The notes: generated by a model from the letters alone, not told the origin. 64,000 nt of DNA from a bacterium (GCA_963675755.2 CAXXMD010000003.1:1056001-1120000); one strand, 5' to 3'. Counted from the stretch's first letter, positions 28,762 through 40,054 are shown. Translations and numbers: made by a program.

Positions 28762-30078
28762 TTACAAGTGCCAGGGACTTCTCATACTGTTACCAAGCAT
28801 TCTGGATGCAGCATCATCACCGATAATTTCTTCGGTATCGGGATTAAATTTCAATTTACGTCCCAACAGCATTGATATTTGACCCAGGTGACCTGGTGAT
28901 GCGGAACGGTGCGCAACTTCACAAGGGGTAATGGTTTCTTGACGTGTTTTAACACAATCAATAAAATTACGCCAATGACCGGGAGATTCAAACAAATGGA
29001 TCTCATTCGGTCCAATAAGATCCCGTTTCAAGGTGGGATCAGATGCTTCAAGTACACCACCACGGGTTACAAATACCCATCCTTTATCTCCAATCCATTT
29101 TGTGCCGCCACGAATTTCCGGGTAACCACCGGCCATTACCATTTTCACACCATTGGGATATACTGTGTCTACCCAATATTTACCGGCCGTATTCCAAACA
29201 CCCGTTGCAGGATATTCACCGGTACCTTCAATTTCAACAGGACCGGTATACTCGGTACCCATACCCCAGTGCGCAATATCTACATGATGTCCTACCCAGT
29301 CCATCAACTGACCGCCGCCAAACTCGAGACGCCAGCGCCAGTTTTTATGTACATATGATTTAACATATGGAAGATAAGGAGCAGGACCCACCCAGGTTTC
29401 ATAATCCAGTTCAGGTGGAGGTGTTGTAATCAAATCCTGTCCTTTTGTATTCGCAAAATCAGATTGGCCAGCGGGCAAACCCACTTCTACAGTATGCAAC
29501 TTGCCAATGCGCCCATTCAATACAAGCTCTGCACCAAACCGAAAGTTGGATTGAGACCGCTGCCAACTACCGGTTTGCCAGATACGGTTGTATTTTTTTA
29601 CTGCATTCACCATAGCCCGGCCTTCTACAAGGCTGTGAGAAAAAGGCTTTTCACCAAATATATCTTTTCCGGCTTTTGCCGCTTCAATTGCAGGAATTGA
29701 ATGCCAGTGATCCGGAAGACTGAGACATACAGTATCAATATCTTTACGTGCCAACACTTCTCTAAAATCATGATATGCTTTACAATCTTTATTGTCATAT
29801 TTTCTATCAACAATATCTTTGGCGTTTGCAAGATGATCTTTATCAATATCACAAACCGCTATTATATGACAGTCGTCTTCGCTGAGAAAATTTTCCATAT
29901 TCCATGTACCCTGCCAGCCAACACCAATACTTGCCATGGTGACTTTATTGCTGGGGGCAATTGCTCCGTTTTTTCCTAAAACCGTTGCCGGAATAATTGC
30001 CGGAAATCCTGCAGCTGCAATACCCGCGCCCAATGCACGTTTTACAAATCCACGCCTGTCAATTTTTTTGTTTTCCAC
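28762..30078 (-). CDS. Tat-exported Gfo/Idh/MocA oxidoreductase
   Basis: DRRGFVK; IGVGWQG, PDHWH, GEKP and QTGSWQRS motifs. Confidence 0.92.
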   Translation of the reverse strand: MENKKIDRRGFVKRALGAGIAAAGFPAIIPATVLGKNGAIAPSNKVTMASIGVGWQGTWNMENFLSEDDCHIIAVCDIDKDHLANAKDIVDRKYDNKDCKAYHDFREVLARKDIDTVCLSLPDHWHSIPAIEAAKAGKDIFGEKPFSHSLVEGRAMVNAVKKYNRIWQTGSWQRSQSNFRFGAELVLNGRIGKLHTVEVGLPAGQSDFANTKGQDLITTPPPELDYETWVGPAPYLPYVKSYVHKNWRWRLEFGGGQLMDWVGHHVDIAHWGMGTEYTGPVEIEGTGEYPATGVWNTAGKYWVDTVYPNGVKMVMAGGYPEIRGGTKWIGDKGWVFVTRGGVLEASDPTLKRDLIGPNEIHLFESPGHWRNFIDCVKTRQETITPCEVAHRSASPGHLGQISMLLGRKLKFNPDTEEIIGDDAASRMLGNSMRSPWHL

Positions 30079-30096
30079 ACTGTTCTCCTGTTTTAT

Positions 30097-31383
30097 TTAC
30101 AAATACCAGGGACTCCGCTTTGAGCGTACTTTAAGTCTGTTCGCTTCCGGGTCGTTTACAAAATATTCGGTATCCGGGTCCCATTGTAATTTCCTACCCA
30201 ACTGAACTGCAAGATTACCAAGATGGCATACTGTAACAGACCGACAACCAATTTCCACATCTGTAATGGGTATTCGGCGGTTTCTAATGGCTTGCAGCCA
30301 GTCATCATGATGATCATTACTGTGATACAGTCGAATCTCATTCGGTCCAATCTTGTGGCTTACCAACTTGGGATTACTGGCCTTTAAATATGACCTGTTT
30401 ACATCTATCCAACCATCGGTACCTGTAAACAGAATGCGATTATCATCAAAGTCCGTATCCATCACCACGCCATTGGCATATTTATATGTTAACAACATAT
30501 AATCTTTTCCATCGGGGGGATTAATCTCTACCGGGCCGCTATAATCCATACCCAAACCCCATTGCGCTATATCAAAATGGTGCGCGCCCCAATCTGTCAT
30601 GCCGCCACCGGAATAATCCCGATAATTGCGCCATGCCGGATATCCGGTAAAACTGATTGGTGGAGCCAAAATAGCATTGTAAGGACGATTAGGAGCAGGG
30701 CCCTGCCACATGTCCCAATCCAACTCGGCCGGTTTTGGTTCTTCTGGCAGTTCACAAACAATCGGATGAGGGATAAAACCTGTTCGAATGCTCACACGTA
30801 CTGTTTTGACATCACCAATATATCCGTTGCGGACCAGTTCACATGCCTGACGGAACCCGCTGCTTGAGCGTTGCATACTACCTGTTTGAAAAACCCGGTT
30901 GTGACGGCGAACTTCATTCACCATTTCACGGCCTTCGTCAATAGTTAGGGTTAGGGGTTTTTCACAATAAATGTCTTTGCCAGCCCTTGCTGCCATTATT
31001 GCTGGAATTGCGTGCCAATGATCAGGCGTTGCAATGACTACCGCGTCTATATCTTTTCGGTCCAAAACATCTCTAAAATCACGATAAGCATCACAACCTT
31101 TATAATTCAGTTCCTTTTGTTTGGAATAATAGTCATCCACACTGTTTTTAGCTCGCTCCATTTTCTTTGCGTCAACATCACAAACTGCAAGCACATGTGT
31201 TTCCGGTGAGTTTAAAAATCCGCGTAAAAGTCCCGCACCCTGTTTACCAACACCAATAAAACCCAGGGTGATTCGATCATTTGGCTTCACCTTGCTGCCA
31301 CTCCAGGCAGATGCCGGTATTATTGTAGCCGCACCAGCCAGAAAACCCGCCTGTTTCAGAAAATCTCTTCTTTTAATATTCAT
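30097..31383 (-). CDS. Tat-exported Gfo/Idh/MocA oxidoreductase
   Basis: KRRDFLK; IGVGKQG, TPDHWH, CEKP and DWGAHHFD motifs. Confidence 0.92.
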   Translation of the reverse strand: MNIKRRDFLKQAGFLAGAATIIPASAWSGSKVKPNDRITLGFIGVGKQGAGLLRGFLNSPETHVLAVCDVDAKKMERAKNSVDDYYSKQKELNYKGCDAYRDFRDVLDRKDIDAVVIATPDHWHAIPAIMAARAGKDIYCEKPLTLTIDEGREMVNEVRRHNRVFQTGSMQRSSSGFRQACELVRNGYIGDVKTVRVSIRTGFIPHPIVCELPEEPKPAELDWDMWQGPAPNRPYNAILAPPISFTGYPAWRNYRDYSGGGMTDWGAHHFDIAQWGLGMDYSGPVEINPPDGKDYMLLTYKYANGVVMDTDFDDNRILFTGTDGWIDVNRSYLKASNPKLVSHKIGPNEIRLYHSNDHHDDWLQAIRNRRIPITDVEIGCRSVTVCHLGNLAVQLGRKLQWDPDTEYFVNDPEANRLKVRSKRSPWYL

Positions 31384-31422
31384 GATAGATTTCTACTCCT
31401 GAAAATACATAAAATATTTTAT

Positions 31423-32184
31423 CTACAGTTCCAAGACTATCCTTAATCCGGTCTGAGTAAATTGATAAGATGCGGGAGCACTGGTTCGTGCAGCACATCG
31501 CAACCCTGGTGGAAACGTATCAAAAGCTCCACCGCGAATAACCCGCAATGGTCCGGTTTCGGGTCCAGTAGGATCAATGGATACGGTTTCGGGGTATTTT
31601 TTTTCATAAATATCCGCGCACCATTCCGACACATTACCCAGCATGTCATACAATCCCCAGGCATTTGCCTGTTTCTGTTTTACCGGGTGTGTTACATTAT
31701 CGCTGTTTTCACTGTACCACGCTGATGACTGTAAATCGCCCACACTGCCAATAGAAAGGTCAGAACCTGCACGGCAGGCATATTCCCATTCCGCTTCAGT
31801 AGGCAACCGGTAGGTTTTGCCTTCTTTGGCAGATAGCTTTTCACAAAAAGATACCGCATCCTTCCAGCTTATCTTTTCAACGGGTAGATCATTTCCCTTG
31901 TTGTCGCTCCGGTTAAAACCCATTATGCTTTCCCATTGAGCCTGGGTGATCTCTGCAGCACTCATATAAAAAGAATTTGACAGGGTAACATTCTGGACCA
32001 GTTCATCATTCTGGTGCCACTTTTCCTCATAAGGACTTCCCATGACAAAGCTACCTGCTGGTAAAAGTACCAGGTCTACTCCAATAGAATTGGTAATTTT
32101 TTCAGGTGTTTCCAATTGCGCGTAAATATTTACATCAAGAGTACATAAAAATATAAATAATGCAAAAATTTTTTTTACTTTCAT
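31423..32184 (-). CDS. FGE-sulfatase-fold (SUMF1/EgtB/PvdO family) exported protein
   Basis: FVMGS, RLPTEAEWEYACRAG, NAWGLYDMLGNVSEW and RVIRGG motifs; no catalytic Cys pair. Confidence 0.9.
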   Translation of the reverse strand: MKVKKIFALFIFLCTLDVNIYAQLETPEKITNSIGVDLVLLPAGSFVMGSPYEEKWHQNDELVQNVTLSNSFYMSAAEITQAQWESIMGFNRSDNKGNDLPVEKISWKDAVSFCEKLSAKEGKTYRLPTEAEWEYACRAGSDLSIGSVGDLQSSAWYSENSDNVTHPVKQKQANAWGLYDMLGNVSEWCADIYEKKYPETVSIDPTGPETGPLRVIRGGAFDTFPPGLRCAARTSAPASYQFTQTGLRIVLEL

Positions 32185-32200
32185 CGAGATTACCTTGTTC

Positions 32201-33403
32201 CTACAATCCGGCAAGATCGGGTAAAAGTTCTTCATTTGCAGCCATCATTTCCTGCCATGAAACCTGTTTTTTCTGATAAGCGGCTGTACGTCCTAAAATA
32301 GTAGTCAGATTACTGCGTACACTTGCAGGTACAGTTGTATTTGCGGTTTGTCCGTTCATAACAAACTTGTGAAAATCTGCGATATTATTGACAGCGCCGT
32401 CTTTGTACAAATGACCCAACTCACCGCCTTTGTAAGGCTTGTCACCCTGAATACTCACAGAACCAAAATAATGCGTATCTATAGTACCGCGAGTGCCATA
32501 CATTCTGCACAGAATGTCATCATAGCCTTTACCATATTGCTTGGAGTTAAAAGTAACAATTACATCGTTGGGGAATGTAAATATCACAGAGAAATGATCA
32601 TTGCAATCGCCATACTTGCGGTTCCTACCGCAGGTTCCGACTGCCGTTTCAGGGTGTGCATCCAATATCCAACTTGCTACATCAAGCGCATGTATATTCT
32701 GCTCAGTGATCACATCCCCGGAAAGGGCCTTGTCAAGTCCCCAGCCTCGGAGCCTGTTCACACTGCTAAGCGGTGTTTGTTTGTATAAATCATAAGCCTT
32801 GCCCCAGGTAATATCAGCAAAATAGCTGGCTTCACCTGAAACAATAGGACCAATATCACCATACTGCACCCGCTTTACTGCTTCCTGGTAATACTCGTGT
32901 GCGCGTGTCTGAAAATCAACCAGAAACACAAGTCCTTTTTCTGTTGCCTTTTCACCACTTTTCTCTACGGAGACTGTTCCCGGAACATCTACTGCTACCG
33001 GTTTCGCCAGATACACATGAACACCTGCATCTACTCCGGCAGCCGCCTGTATGGGATGAAAATAAGGCGGGCTTTCAACAACTATCGCATCCACTTTGTT
33101 GTCTAGGAGCCTTTTATATCCATCCAGACCAGTAAAACACCGTGATTTATCTATATTGAATTGTTCTTGAAAACCATCTATCTTTTCTTGAAAATAATCT
33201 GCGCCTGCGGTAAATCGGTAACCTCCATGTTCACGGAACAAGTTAGCGAGCCACTTGCCACGTCCACCACAACCAATCAGTCCCAACTCTAGTTTTGAAT
33301 TGGCTGTCGATCCCCTGACGTGTTCGGGTTTGACAATAGAAAATGTTAATGCCGCTACTCCTGCCCCGGCAATAAATTTTCTGCGATCCATGGATTCCGC
33401 CAT
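32201..33403 (-). CDS. Tat-exported Gfo/Idh/MocA oxidoreductase (AKP variant)
   Basis: DRRKFI; IGCGGRG, SPPYFH, LAKPV and EQNIHALD motifs; RBS GGAGG. Confidence 0.88.
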   Translation of the reverse strand: MAESMDRRKFIAGAGVAALTFSIVKPEHVRGSTANSKLELGLIGCGGRGKWLANLFREHGGYRFTAGADYFQEKIDGFQEQFNIDKSRCFTGLDGYKRLLDNKVDAIVVESPPYFHPIQAAAGVDAGVHVYLAKPVAVDVPGTVSVEKSGEKATEKGLVFLVDFQTRAHEYYQEAVKRVQYGDIGPIVSGEASYFADITWGKAYDLYKQTPLSSVNRLRGWGLDKALSGDVITEQNIHALDVASWILDAHPETAVGTCGRNRKYGDCNDHFSVIFTFPNDVIVTFNSKQYGKGYDDILCRMYGTRGTIDTHYFGSVSIQGDKPYKGGELGHLYKDGAVNNIADFHKFVMNGQTANTTVPASVRSNLTTILGRTAAYQKKQVSWQEMMAANEELLPDLAGL

Positions 33404-33604
33404 TGTTTTGACCTCCGATAACACAAATAAACCCTAAAAATAGATTTATCTTAAAATTCTTTTCCCATATATACCCATTAATAAATTAATACTTTTTTTA
33501 TAATATGCCACTAAAATTTCCGGGCACATGCCCAAACTGGTTAAAATTAAAATATTTCAGCCATGAATATTTGAGAATAAACTCACAATTTCAGACTTTT
33601 TTTA

Positions 33605-33633
33605 TTGCTTCATTGCCATTCAGATAATATATT
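33605..33633 (+). promoter_or_regulatory. Putative sigma70 promoter
   Basis: TTGCTT-17 bp-TATATT. Confidence 0.55.
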
Positions 33634-33669
33634 CAACTATAGGATATTCATAGATATGGGACCATTGAA

Positions 33670-34197
33670 ATGATTAATATATTACGAAACAGGAAAAGCG
33701 TAAGGCATTTTGAGAACAAACCCGTCAGCCCTGAACATATAGAAATCATTAAAGAAGCCATCTTGCGCTCTCCATCTTCAAAAAACAGAACACCCTGGGA
33801 ATTTATTATTATAGACGATCGGGATCTGTTAACAAAGCTGGCTACTGCCAAACCGCATGGAGCCGCGTTCCTGGCAGATGCGCCTTTAGGTATTCTGGTA
33901 TGCGGTGACGAAAACCAAAGCGATGTTTGGATAGAAGACTGCTCAATAGCGTCTATCATTGCTCAATTGACAGCAGAGTCTCTGGGCCTTGGCAGTTGCT
34001 GGATACAGATTCGCAATCGCATGCATGAAAGCGGTCAAACATCAGAAGCGTACATTCAACAATTACTACATATCCCCAGAAATGTTAAAATCGAATCCAT
34101 AATTGCATTGGGTTATTCCAATGAAGAAAATACCAACACATCAGATAAAGAATTAAAAAGCAATAAAATTTTTATAAATCGTTACAAATCAGTCTAG
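33670..34197 (+). CDS. Nitroreductase family protein
   Basis: RKSVRHF, SPSSKN..PWEF and LGLGSCW motifs. Confidence 0.92.
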   Translation: MINILRNRKSVRHFENKPVSPEHIEIIKEAILRSPSSKNRTPWEFIIIDDRDLLTKLATAKPHGAAFLADAPLGILVCGDENQSDVWIEDCSIASIIAQLTAESLGLGSCWIQIRNRMHESGQTSEAYIQQLLHIPRNVKIESIIALGYSNEENTNTSDKELKSNKIFINRYKSV

Positions 34198-34260
34198 TCA
34201 ATATTCAGCCAATACCAGTCAAAATAGCATAAATCTATTAAATCATAAAGAGAGGCTTTT

Positions 34261-35844
34261 ATGCATAAAAACCAGGATTCTCGAAGATCGTTTCTAAAAA
34301 AAATGGGCGGAGGTGCAGCAGCGTTGACCCTGTTTTCATCCGGCATTACCGGATGTGGATTATTTAAAAAAAAGCCCAACATTCTTTTTATCTTTTCCGA
34401 TGACCATGCATACCAGGCCATCAGCGCGTATAAAGACCGTCTGGCAGATGTAGCCCCTACACCCAACATTGACAGAATTGCAAACGAGGGTATTCGTTTT
34501 GACAAATGTTATGTAACCAATTCCATCTGTGCACCATCCCGGGCAACCATTCAAACCGGTAAGCACAGCCACCTCAATTCCGTTAAAGACAATAAAGACG
34601 TATTCGACAATACACAGCAAACATTCCCCAAATTAATGCAGGCAGGCGGCTATCAAACAGCTATACTTGGCAAATGGCACCTGAAAGCCGAACCTACCGG
34701 ATTCGATTATTGGGAAGTATTACCCGGTCAGGGTCATTATTATAATCCGGATTTTCGCACTGCCGAAGGAGTACATCGGGAAAACGGATACGTAACCGAC
34801 ATTATTACGGATAAAGCAATCAACTGGCTCAAAGAAGGACGTGATCCCGAAAAGCCCTTTATTCTCATGATGCAGCACAAAGCCCCGCACCGTGAGTGGT
34901 CACCAGCTTTACGACATTTGAATATTTTCGATGACGTTAAATTCCCTGAACCCTCAAACCTGTTTGACGATTACAGCGGACGAGGTACAGCTGCACATAA
35001 GCAAGATATGACAATCGATAAAACCATGCGCATTGTTACCGACCTCAAAGTCAAAACACTGAAAGCCAAAGATAAAGAGCTTGAAAGACGCATTCACGGA
35101 CGCATGACTGAAGAGCAAATCGCAGCCTGGGACAATGCCTACGAACCCAAAAACGAATACTATCGCAAAGCCAATCTTGAAGGTAAAGAACTTGTCCGAT
35201 GGAAATACCAGCGATACTTGCAAGACTATTTGGGTTGCATCCGAGCGGTAGACGAAAGTGTAGGCACTGTTCTTGACTATTTGCAGGAAAGCGGTCTTGC
35301 AGACAATACAGTTGTTATGTATTCATCTGACCAGGGTTTTTATCTGGGTGAACATGGCTGGTTCGACAAACGTTTCATGTATGAAGAATCGTATCGTACA
35401 CCCTTGTTGGCCAAATGGCCAGGAGTCACCCCTGCAGGTACAGTCAATACCGATCTCACATCCAATCTCGACTTTGCTCAAACGTTTCTGGACATTGCCG
35501 GACTTGAACAACCGCAAGACATGCAGGGTGAAAGCCTGGTACCCATTTTAAAAGGGAAAACACCAGCAGACTGGCGGCAATCCCTGTATTATCATTACTA
35601 TGAATATCCGGCAGTTCACAGTGTACGCAGACACGAAGGTGTTGCCACAAAGCGATATAAACTGATCAATTTCTATGATCTTGATGAATGGGAATTCTAT
35701 GATCTGGAAAAAGATCCATACGAAATGAAAAGCCAGTACGACAATCCGGCATATCAGGATAAAATTGCGGAACTAAAACATGAGCTTGTACGTCTCCGGG
35801 AATATTATAAACTTCCACCGTTGGTACCCATACATGAAGAATGA
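34261..35844 (+). CDS. Tat-exported Cys-type sulfatase (S1, GlcNAc-6-sulfatase-like)
   Basis: SRRSFLK; [24 protein letters not shown] and DKRFMYEES motifs. Confidence 0.93.
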   Translation: MHKNQDSRRSFLKKMGGGAAALTLFSSGITGCGLFKKKPNILFIFSDDHAYQAISAYKDRLADVAPTPNIDRIANEGIRFDKCYVTNSICAPSRATIQTGKHSHLNSVKDNKDVFDNTQQTFPKLMQAGGYQTAILGKWHLKAEPTGFDYWEVLPGQGHYYNPDFRTAEGVHRENGYVTDIITDKAINWLKEGRDPEKPFILMMQHKAPHREWSPALRHLNIFDDVKFPEPSNLFDDYSGRGTAAHKQDMTIDKTMRIVTDLKVKTLKAKDKELERRIHGRMTEEQIAAWDNAYEPKNEYYRKANLEGKELVRWKYQRYLQDYLGCIRAVDESVGTVLDYLQESGLADNTVVMYSSDQGFYLGEHGWFDKRFMYEESYRTPLLAKWPGVTPAGTVNTDLTSNLDFAQTFLDIAGLEQPQDMQGESLVPILKGKTPADWRQSLYYHYYEYPAVHSVRRHEGVATKRYKLINFYDLDEWEFYDLEKDPYEMKSQYDNPAYQDKIAELKHELVRLREYYKLPPLVPIHEE

Positions 35845-35868
35845 TTCATAAACTAAATAAAATACAAT

Positions 35869-35914
35869 GGCTTGAACCGGTTCATATTTTTCTTTGGTTC
35901 AGGCCTTTTTTTTT
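35869..35914 (+). terminator. Intrinsic terminator
   Basis: GGCTTGAACC/GGTTCAGGCC stem followed by T9. Confidence 0.75.
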
Positions 35915-36010
35915 GTATATTGGGAAAAAGATAAACGCAATAGCTGGCAGAAAGTTTTCTGTTCGCGGGTAGAGTTGTTGCAAAATCATACTTTTTTAAG
36001 GAGTAAAAAT

Positions 36011-36709
36011 ATGAAGAACCTGACCGTTTTTGTATGTCTTGTAGTTATGACATTGGTCTCTCTGACATTTGCCCAGGCCGACAATCAACTTTGTTCAACA
36101 GAAAAAGCTCAGGGTTGGAAATTGTTGTTCGACGGCAAAACAAGCACAGGTTGGAAAAGTAACCGGGGTGAAGGATTCCCAGAAAAAGGCTGGGAAATTA
36201 AAGATGGTACTCTCTCTGTACTCTCAAAAGAACGCGGTGGAGATATCATTTCAACTGAAGCTTTTGAAAATTTTGAATTAACACTAGATGTTAAATTAAC
36301 CAAAGGTGCCAACAGTGGAATTAAATATTTTATCCAGGAAGGTAATGGCGTTGGTTGCGAATTTCAGGTATTGGATGACGATGTTCACCCGGATGCAAAA
36401 CTTGGTGTAAACAACAATCGTCAGTTTGGTTCATTGTATGACCTTATACCTGCACAAAATCGCGAGCTGAATCCTATTGGGGAATGGAACAGCGTCCGAA
36501 TTCTTGTAGATGGCGGTCACGTAGAACATTGGTTGAATGGCAAACTGGTTGTTAAATATGATCGTTTCTGCCCCTGTTTCCGCCAATTGATTCTGCACAG
36601 CAAATTCAAAGATAAAACAGATTTTGCAACATTCAAAACCGGTCATATTCTGTTACAGGACCATGGCGACACCGTTTCTTATCGCAATATCAAAATACGT
36701 CCTTTTTAA
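36011..36709 (+). CDS. DUF1080 3-keto-disaccharide hydrolase
   Basis: GWKLLFDGK, NSGIKY, EFQVLD, GSLYD and GHILLQDHG..VSYRNIKIR motifs; signal peptide. Confidence 0.92.
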   Translation: MKNLTVFVCLVVMTLVSLTFAQADNQLCSTEKAQGWKLLFDGKTSTGWKSNRGEGFPEKGWEIKDGTLSVLSKERGGDIISTEAFENFELTLDVKLTKGANSGIKYFIQEGNGVGCEFQVLDDDVHPDAKLGVNNNRQFGSLYDLIPAQNRELNPIGEWNSVRILVDGGHVEHWLNGKLVVKYDRFCPCFRQLILHSKFKDKTDFATFKTGHILLQDHGDTVSYRNIKIRPF

Positions 36710-36721
36710 ATAAATACATAC

Positions 36722-36750
36722 AACCCGGCTGAAAAATCAGCCGGGTTTTT
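36722..36750 (+). terminator. Intrinsic terminator
   Basis: AACCCGGCTGA-AAAA-TCAGCCGGGTTTTT. Confidence 0.85.
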
Positions 36751-36770
36751 CTGCATATCCGGGAGAACAC

Positions 36771-38390
36771 ATGCGTTTACAAAAAGTACTCATTATATTC
36801 ATTCTAATTCTTCCAGTGACTTTACTGGCACTGGATGCTTCGTTTACTATAGATGCCAAAGAAATATCAGGGCCGAATACAAAATTCTGGCAAGCTTGCG
36901 GTCAGGACTTTTTATTCCGCCTTGTAAACCGCCCAATGGGCCAGGAACTGCTGCAGCGGTTCAACGAACATCAATCTATGCGCTACATGCGCACCCATTA
37001 TACATTCAGCAACAAAGTAAAATTAGACAAGGCTGCTGGCGGTCCTATTGGTGGCAATGTAGCTATCATTGATGACAAGGGTAACATACACTATGATTTT
37101 TCTGTCATAAACCAAACATTTCACGAATATGTAAAAAACGGTATCAAACCCATTGTAGAATTTGACTTTTTCCCGGATGGAATGTCTGCTGATTTTGCAA
37201 TGAATGTAAACGATGAAGGGTTTGGCTTCAAAGTAGGTTCTCCCCGGGACTGGCAGGAATGGGAAACCTTGCTGCAAAAATTTATGCAAAACCTGACTCA
37301 GGAATTTGGAAAACAAGAACTCCGTACCTGGTATTTTGAAGTTTGGAACGAACCCGACAACTGGCCGCATGAACACATTGACGTCTTTTACAGATTGTAC
37401 GATGTATTCAGCCATGTTGTTAAATCCTTTGACTCCGAATACAAAGTTGGGGGGCCCGGCTGTTATCATTTATCTTTTTTAAAAGAATTCTTTGACCATG
37501 TAACCCATGGAACCAACTATGTAACAGGCCAGGTCGGTTCTCCCATCGATTTCTATTCTTATCACATTTATGGCCTTTCAGGTTCCTGGTTGGAACAATC
37601 ACCCCTTTTGTATCCAACAGTGAACCGTTTTAACCAGCAGATTTTATGGATCCAACGGCTGGTTAACGAATATCCTGAATTAAAGGATATTGAATTTCAC
37701 CTGAATGAATGGGGCATGTCTTCACATTTCCAACGGACTGTCAGCAGACATCCCGAGTTGGAATATAGAAACAGCGAAGCGTCTGCTTTGTTTTTAACCA
37801 AAATGGTAGATTGTATGTTTGCTATTCATGACAATCACCATTTCGAAACCCAGTTGCTGTTGTATTGGGGATTTAATTGGGAGGCAGAGTTAAACATACC
37901 CTTTAACGGCAACCGGGAATTAACTACAGCCGGAAACATTCCCAAACCCATTCTTACCGGATATGAAATGCTTGCAAAATTAGGCGACCAGAGATTAAAC
38001 GTTTCCGGACCCAAACCAGGCGGACGATTTGGTGTTCTTGCCACCAAAAACAGCAACAAACAACTACAATTTATCGTATATAATTATAATGAAACGGATA
38101 CGGATCTATCTATTCAGGACAGTATTTCCATTGCTATTGACAAATTGGAAGGGAAATCTGCAACCGTTCGTGCGTATAAAATGGACAGATCTTTTCACAA
38201 TACTTTTCGTGCATGGCAACAATTGGGCAGTCCGGCTACGCTTACTGCTGAACAAATTGCCCAATTAAGTAAAATTGCCGCTTTGACTGCTGATGAAACA
38301 AGTACAGTACAAATTGTAAAAGAAACTTTGCTTTTCAATATTCATATTCCCCGTCACAGCATGATACTCTATGAAATTGAAATAAATTAG
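36771..38390 (+). CDS. Glycoside hydrolase family 39
   Basis: WYFEVWNEPD (acid/base), KVGGP, SYHIY and NEW (nucleophile); signal peptide. Confidence 0.85.
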   Translation: MRLQKVLIIFILILPVTLLALDASFTIDAKEISGPNTKFWQACGQDFLFRLVNRPMGQELLQRFNEHQSMRYMRTHYTFSNKVKLDKAAGGPIGGNVAIIDDKGNIHYDFSVINQTFHEYVKNGIKPIVEFDFFPDGMSADFAMNVNDEGFGFKVGSPRDWQEWETLLQKFMQNLTQEFGKQELRTWYFEVWNEPDNWPHEHIDVFYRLYDVFSHVVKSFDSEYKVGGPGCYHLSFLKEFFDHVTHGTNYVTGQVGSPIDFYSYHIYGLSGSWLEQSPLLYPTVNRFNQQILWIQRLVNEYPELKDIEFHLNEWGMSSHFQRTVSRHPELEYRNSEASALFLTKMVDCMFAIHDNHHFETQLLLYWGFNWEAELNIPFNGNRELTTAGNIPKPILTGYEMLAKLGDQRLNVSGPKPGGRFGVLATKNSNKQLQFIVYNYNETDTDLSIQDSISIAIDKLEGKSATVRAYKMDRSFHNTFRAWQQLGSPATLTAEQIAQLSKIAALTADETSTVQIVKETLLFNIHIPRHSMILYEIEIN

Positions 38391-38575
38391 ATATTTACAA
38401 TCTTTGACAATTTGAAATATTCAGGATTTACAAGTTTGTTCTCAATAAAAACAGCATGTTATGCCTGTTATATACAAACCGATTTTCTCAACCGATTCGA
38501 CAAATAATAATGCTTCTTGACTTGTGAATCTCTTTTTATATATTAAAATATTCAACTTTTGAAAGTGAGGTATAT

Positions 38576-40036
38576 ATGAGTTCCATTACCAGAAGAGATT
38601 TTATTCAAAAAACAGTAGCAGGAGGAGCATCTTTAGCACTGGCCGGCAACGTTCTCCTCAATGGTTCAAAAGTACTTGGTGCCAATAGTGATATACGTAT
38701 GGGTATGATTGGATTGAATTCCAAAGGCAAACAAGATACAGAAATGTTTAGAAAAATACCGGGGGTTCGTATAGTCGCCCTCTGCGACGTAGATCAGGAA
38801 ATTCTGGATCGTGAAGCACAAATCGCCAAAGACCTGGGAGAAAATGTTAAAACCTATCGCGATGCCCGTGAACTGCTTGACGATAAAGATATAGATGCTG
38901 TAATGATTGCCACCCCTAATCATTGGCATTCTTTACTTGCCATCTGGGCTTGTCAAGCAGGTAAAGATGTTTATGTTGAAAAACCCATTTCTCACAATGT
39001 ATGGGAAGGCCGACAGCTGGTCAAAGCGGCCCGAAAATATGACAAAATTGTGCAAGCCGGAACACAAAACCGTTCAGACATTGGTTTCCGCGATGCCATC
39101 CAGTATATTCAGGAAGGCAACCTGGGCAAAATCAAATGGATACACGGATTATGGTACAAGGAACGCCCCAGCATTGGTAAAGTCACCGAACCTCAACCCA
39201 TTCCAGCATCTGTTGATTATAATTTATGGTGTGGGCCTGCTCCCATGGATCCACTCATGCGTCCCAATCTTCATTATGACTGGCACTGGTTCTGGAACAC
39301 TGGTAACGGAGATATGGGTAACCTGGGTGTACACCAGATTGACGATTGCCGTTTTGCATCCGGAGTTCAGGGTTTTCCCAAACGCATTATGAGCTTTGGC
39401 GGTCGCTTTGTTGTTGACGATAACGCACAAACGCCCAATGCCCAATTTGCACTCTTTGATTACGATGAGGTGCCTATTATCATCGAACTTCGTGGTCTAC
39501 CTATGGCAGCAGGCGTAAGAGCTATGGACCATTTACGAGGTGTGCGTATGGGTAACATCATCCAATGCGAAAATGGATATTTTGCCGGTGGTCGCGGTGG
39601 CGGTTGGGTTTATGATAATGATAACAAGAAACAAAAACAATTCCCCGGTGACGGTGGTGAAAAACATTTTGAAAATTTTATTGAAGCCGTTAGAAACCGT
39701 GACAGAAAAATTTTGCATGCCGAAGTTGAAGAGTGCCATTACTCGAGCTCTTTATGCCACATGGCAAATGCTTCATACCGTACAGGCAAAGATGCATCAC
39801 CCGAAGAGATTCGTGAAATGCTTCCCAATTACAAACATGATTTAGAAACATTGAAAAGCATTACCACGCATCTCGAGAAAAATGAGATAGACCTTTCTAC
39901 CACACCCATTACCAGCGGTCCCTGGTTAACAGTCGATAATAATGATGAGGAATTTAAAGGCAAATATGCACGCAAAGCCAACAAATACCTCACCCGGAAA
40001 TACAGAAAACCTTTTATAGTACCTAAAAAAGTTTGA
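38576..40036 (+). CDS. Tat-exported Gfo/Idh/MocA oxidoreductase
   Basis: TRRDFIQ; TPNHWH, VEKP, GTQNRS and NLGVHQID motifs. Confidence 0.92.
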   Translation: MSSITRRDFIQKTVAGGASLALAGNVLLNGSKVLGANSDIRMGMIGLNSKGKQDTEMFRKIPGVRIVALCDVDQEILDREAQIAKDLGENVKTYRDARELLDDKDIDAVMIATPNHWHSLLAIWACQAGKDVYVEKPISHNVWEGRQLVKAARKYDKIVQAGTQNRSDIGFRDAIQYIQEGNLGKIKWIHGLWYKERPSIGKVTEPQPIPASVDYNLWCGPAPMDPLMRPNLHYDWHWFWNTGNGDMGNLGVHQIDDCRFASGVQGFPKRIMSFGGRFVVDDNAQTPNAQFALFDYDEVPIIIELRGLPMAAGVRAMDHLRGVRMGNIIQCENGYFAGGRGGGWVYDNDNKKQKQFPGDGGEKHFENFIEAVRNRDRKILHAEVEECHYSSSLCHMANASYRTGKDASPEEIREMLPNYKHDLETLKSITTHLEKNEIDLSTTPITSGPWLTVDNNDEEFKGKYARKANKYLTRKYRKPFIVPKKV

Positions 40037-40054
40037 TAACTCGTATTGTACTTT

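Noticed and set aside
31423-32184. Formylglycine-generating enzyme maturing the nearby sulfatase
   Set aside because: Lacks the catalytic Cys pair after RGG (reads RGGAFDTFPPGLRC), so only the fold is supported
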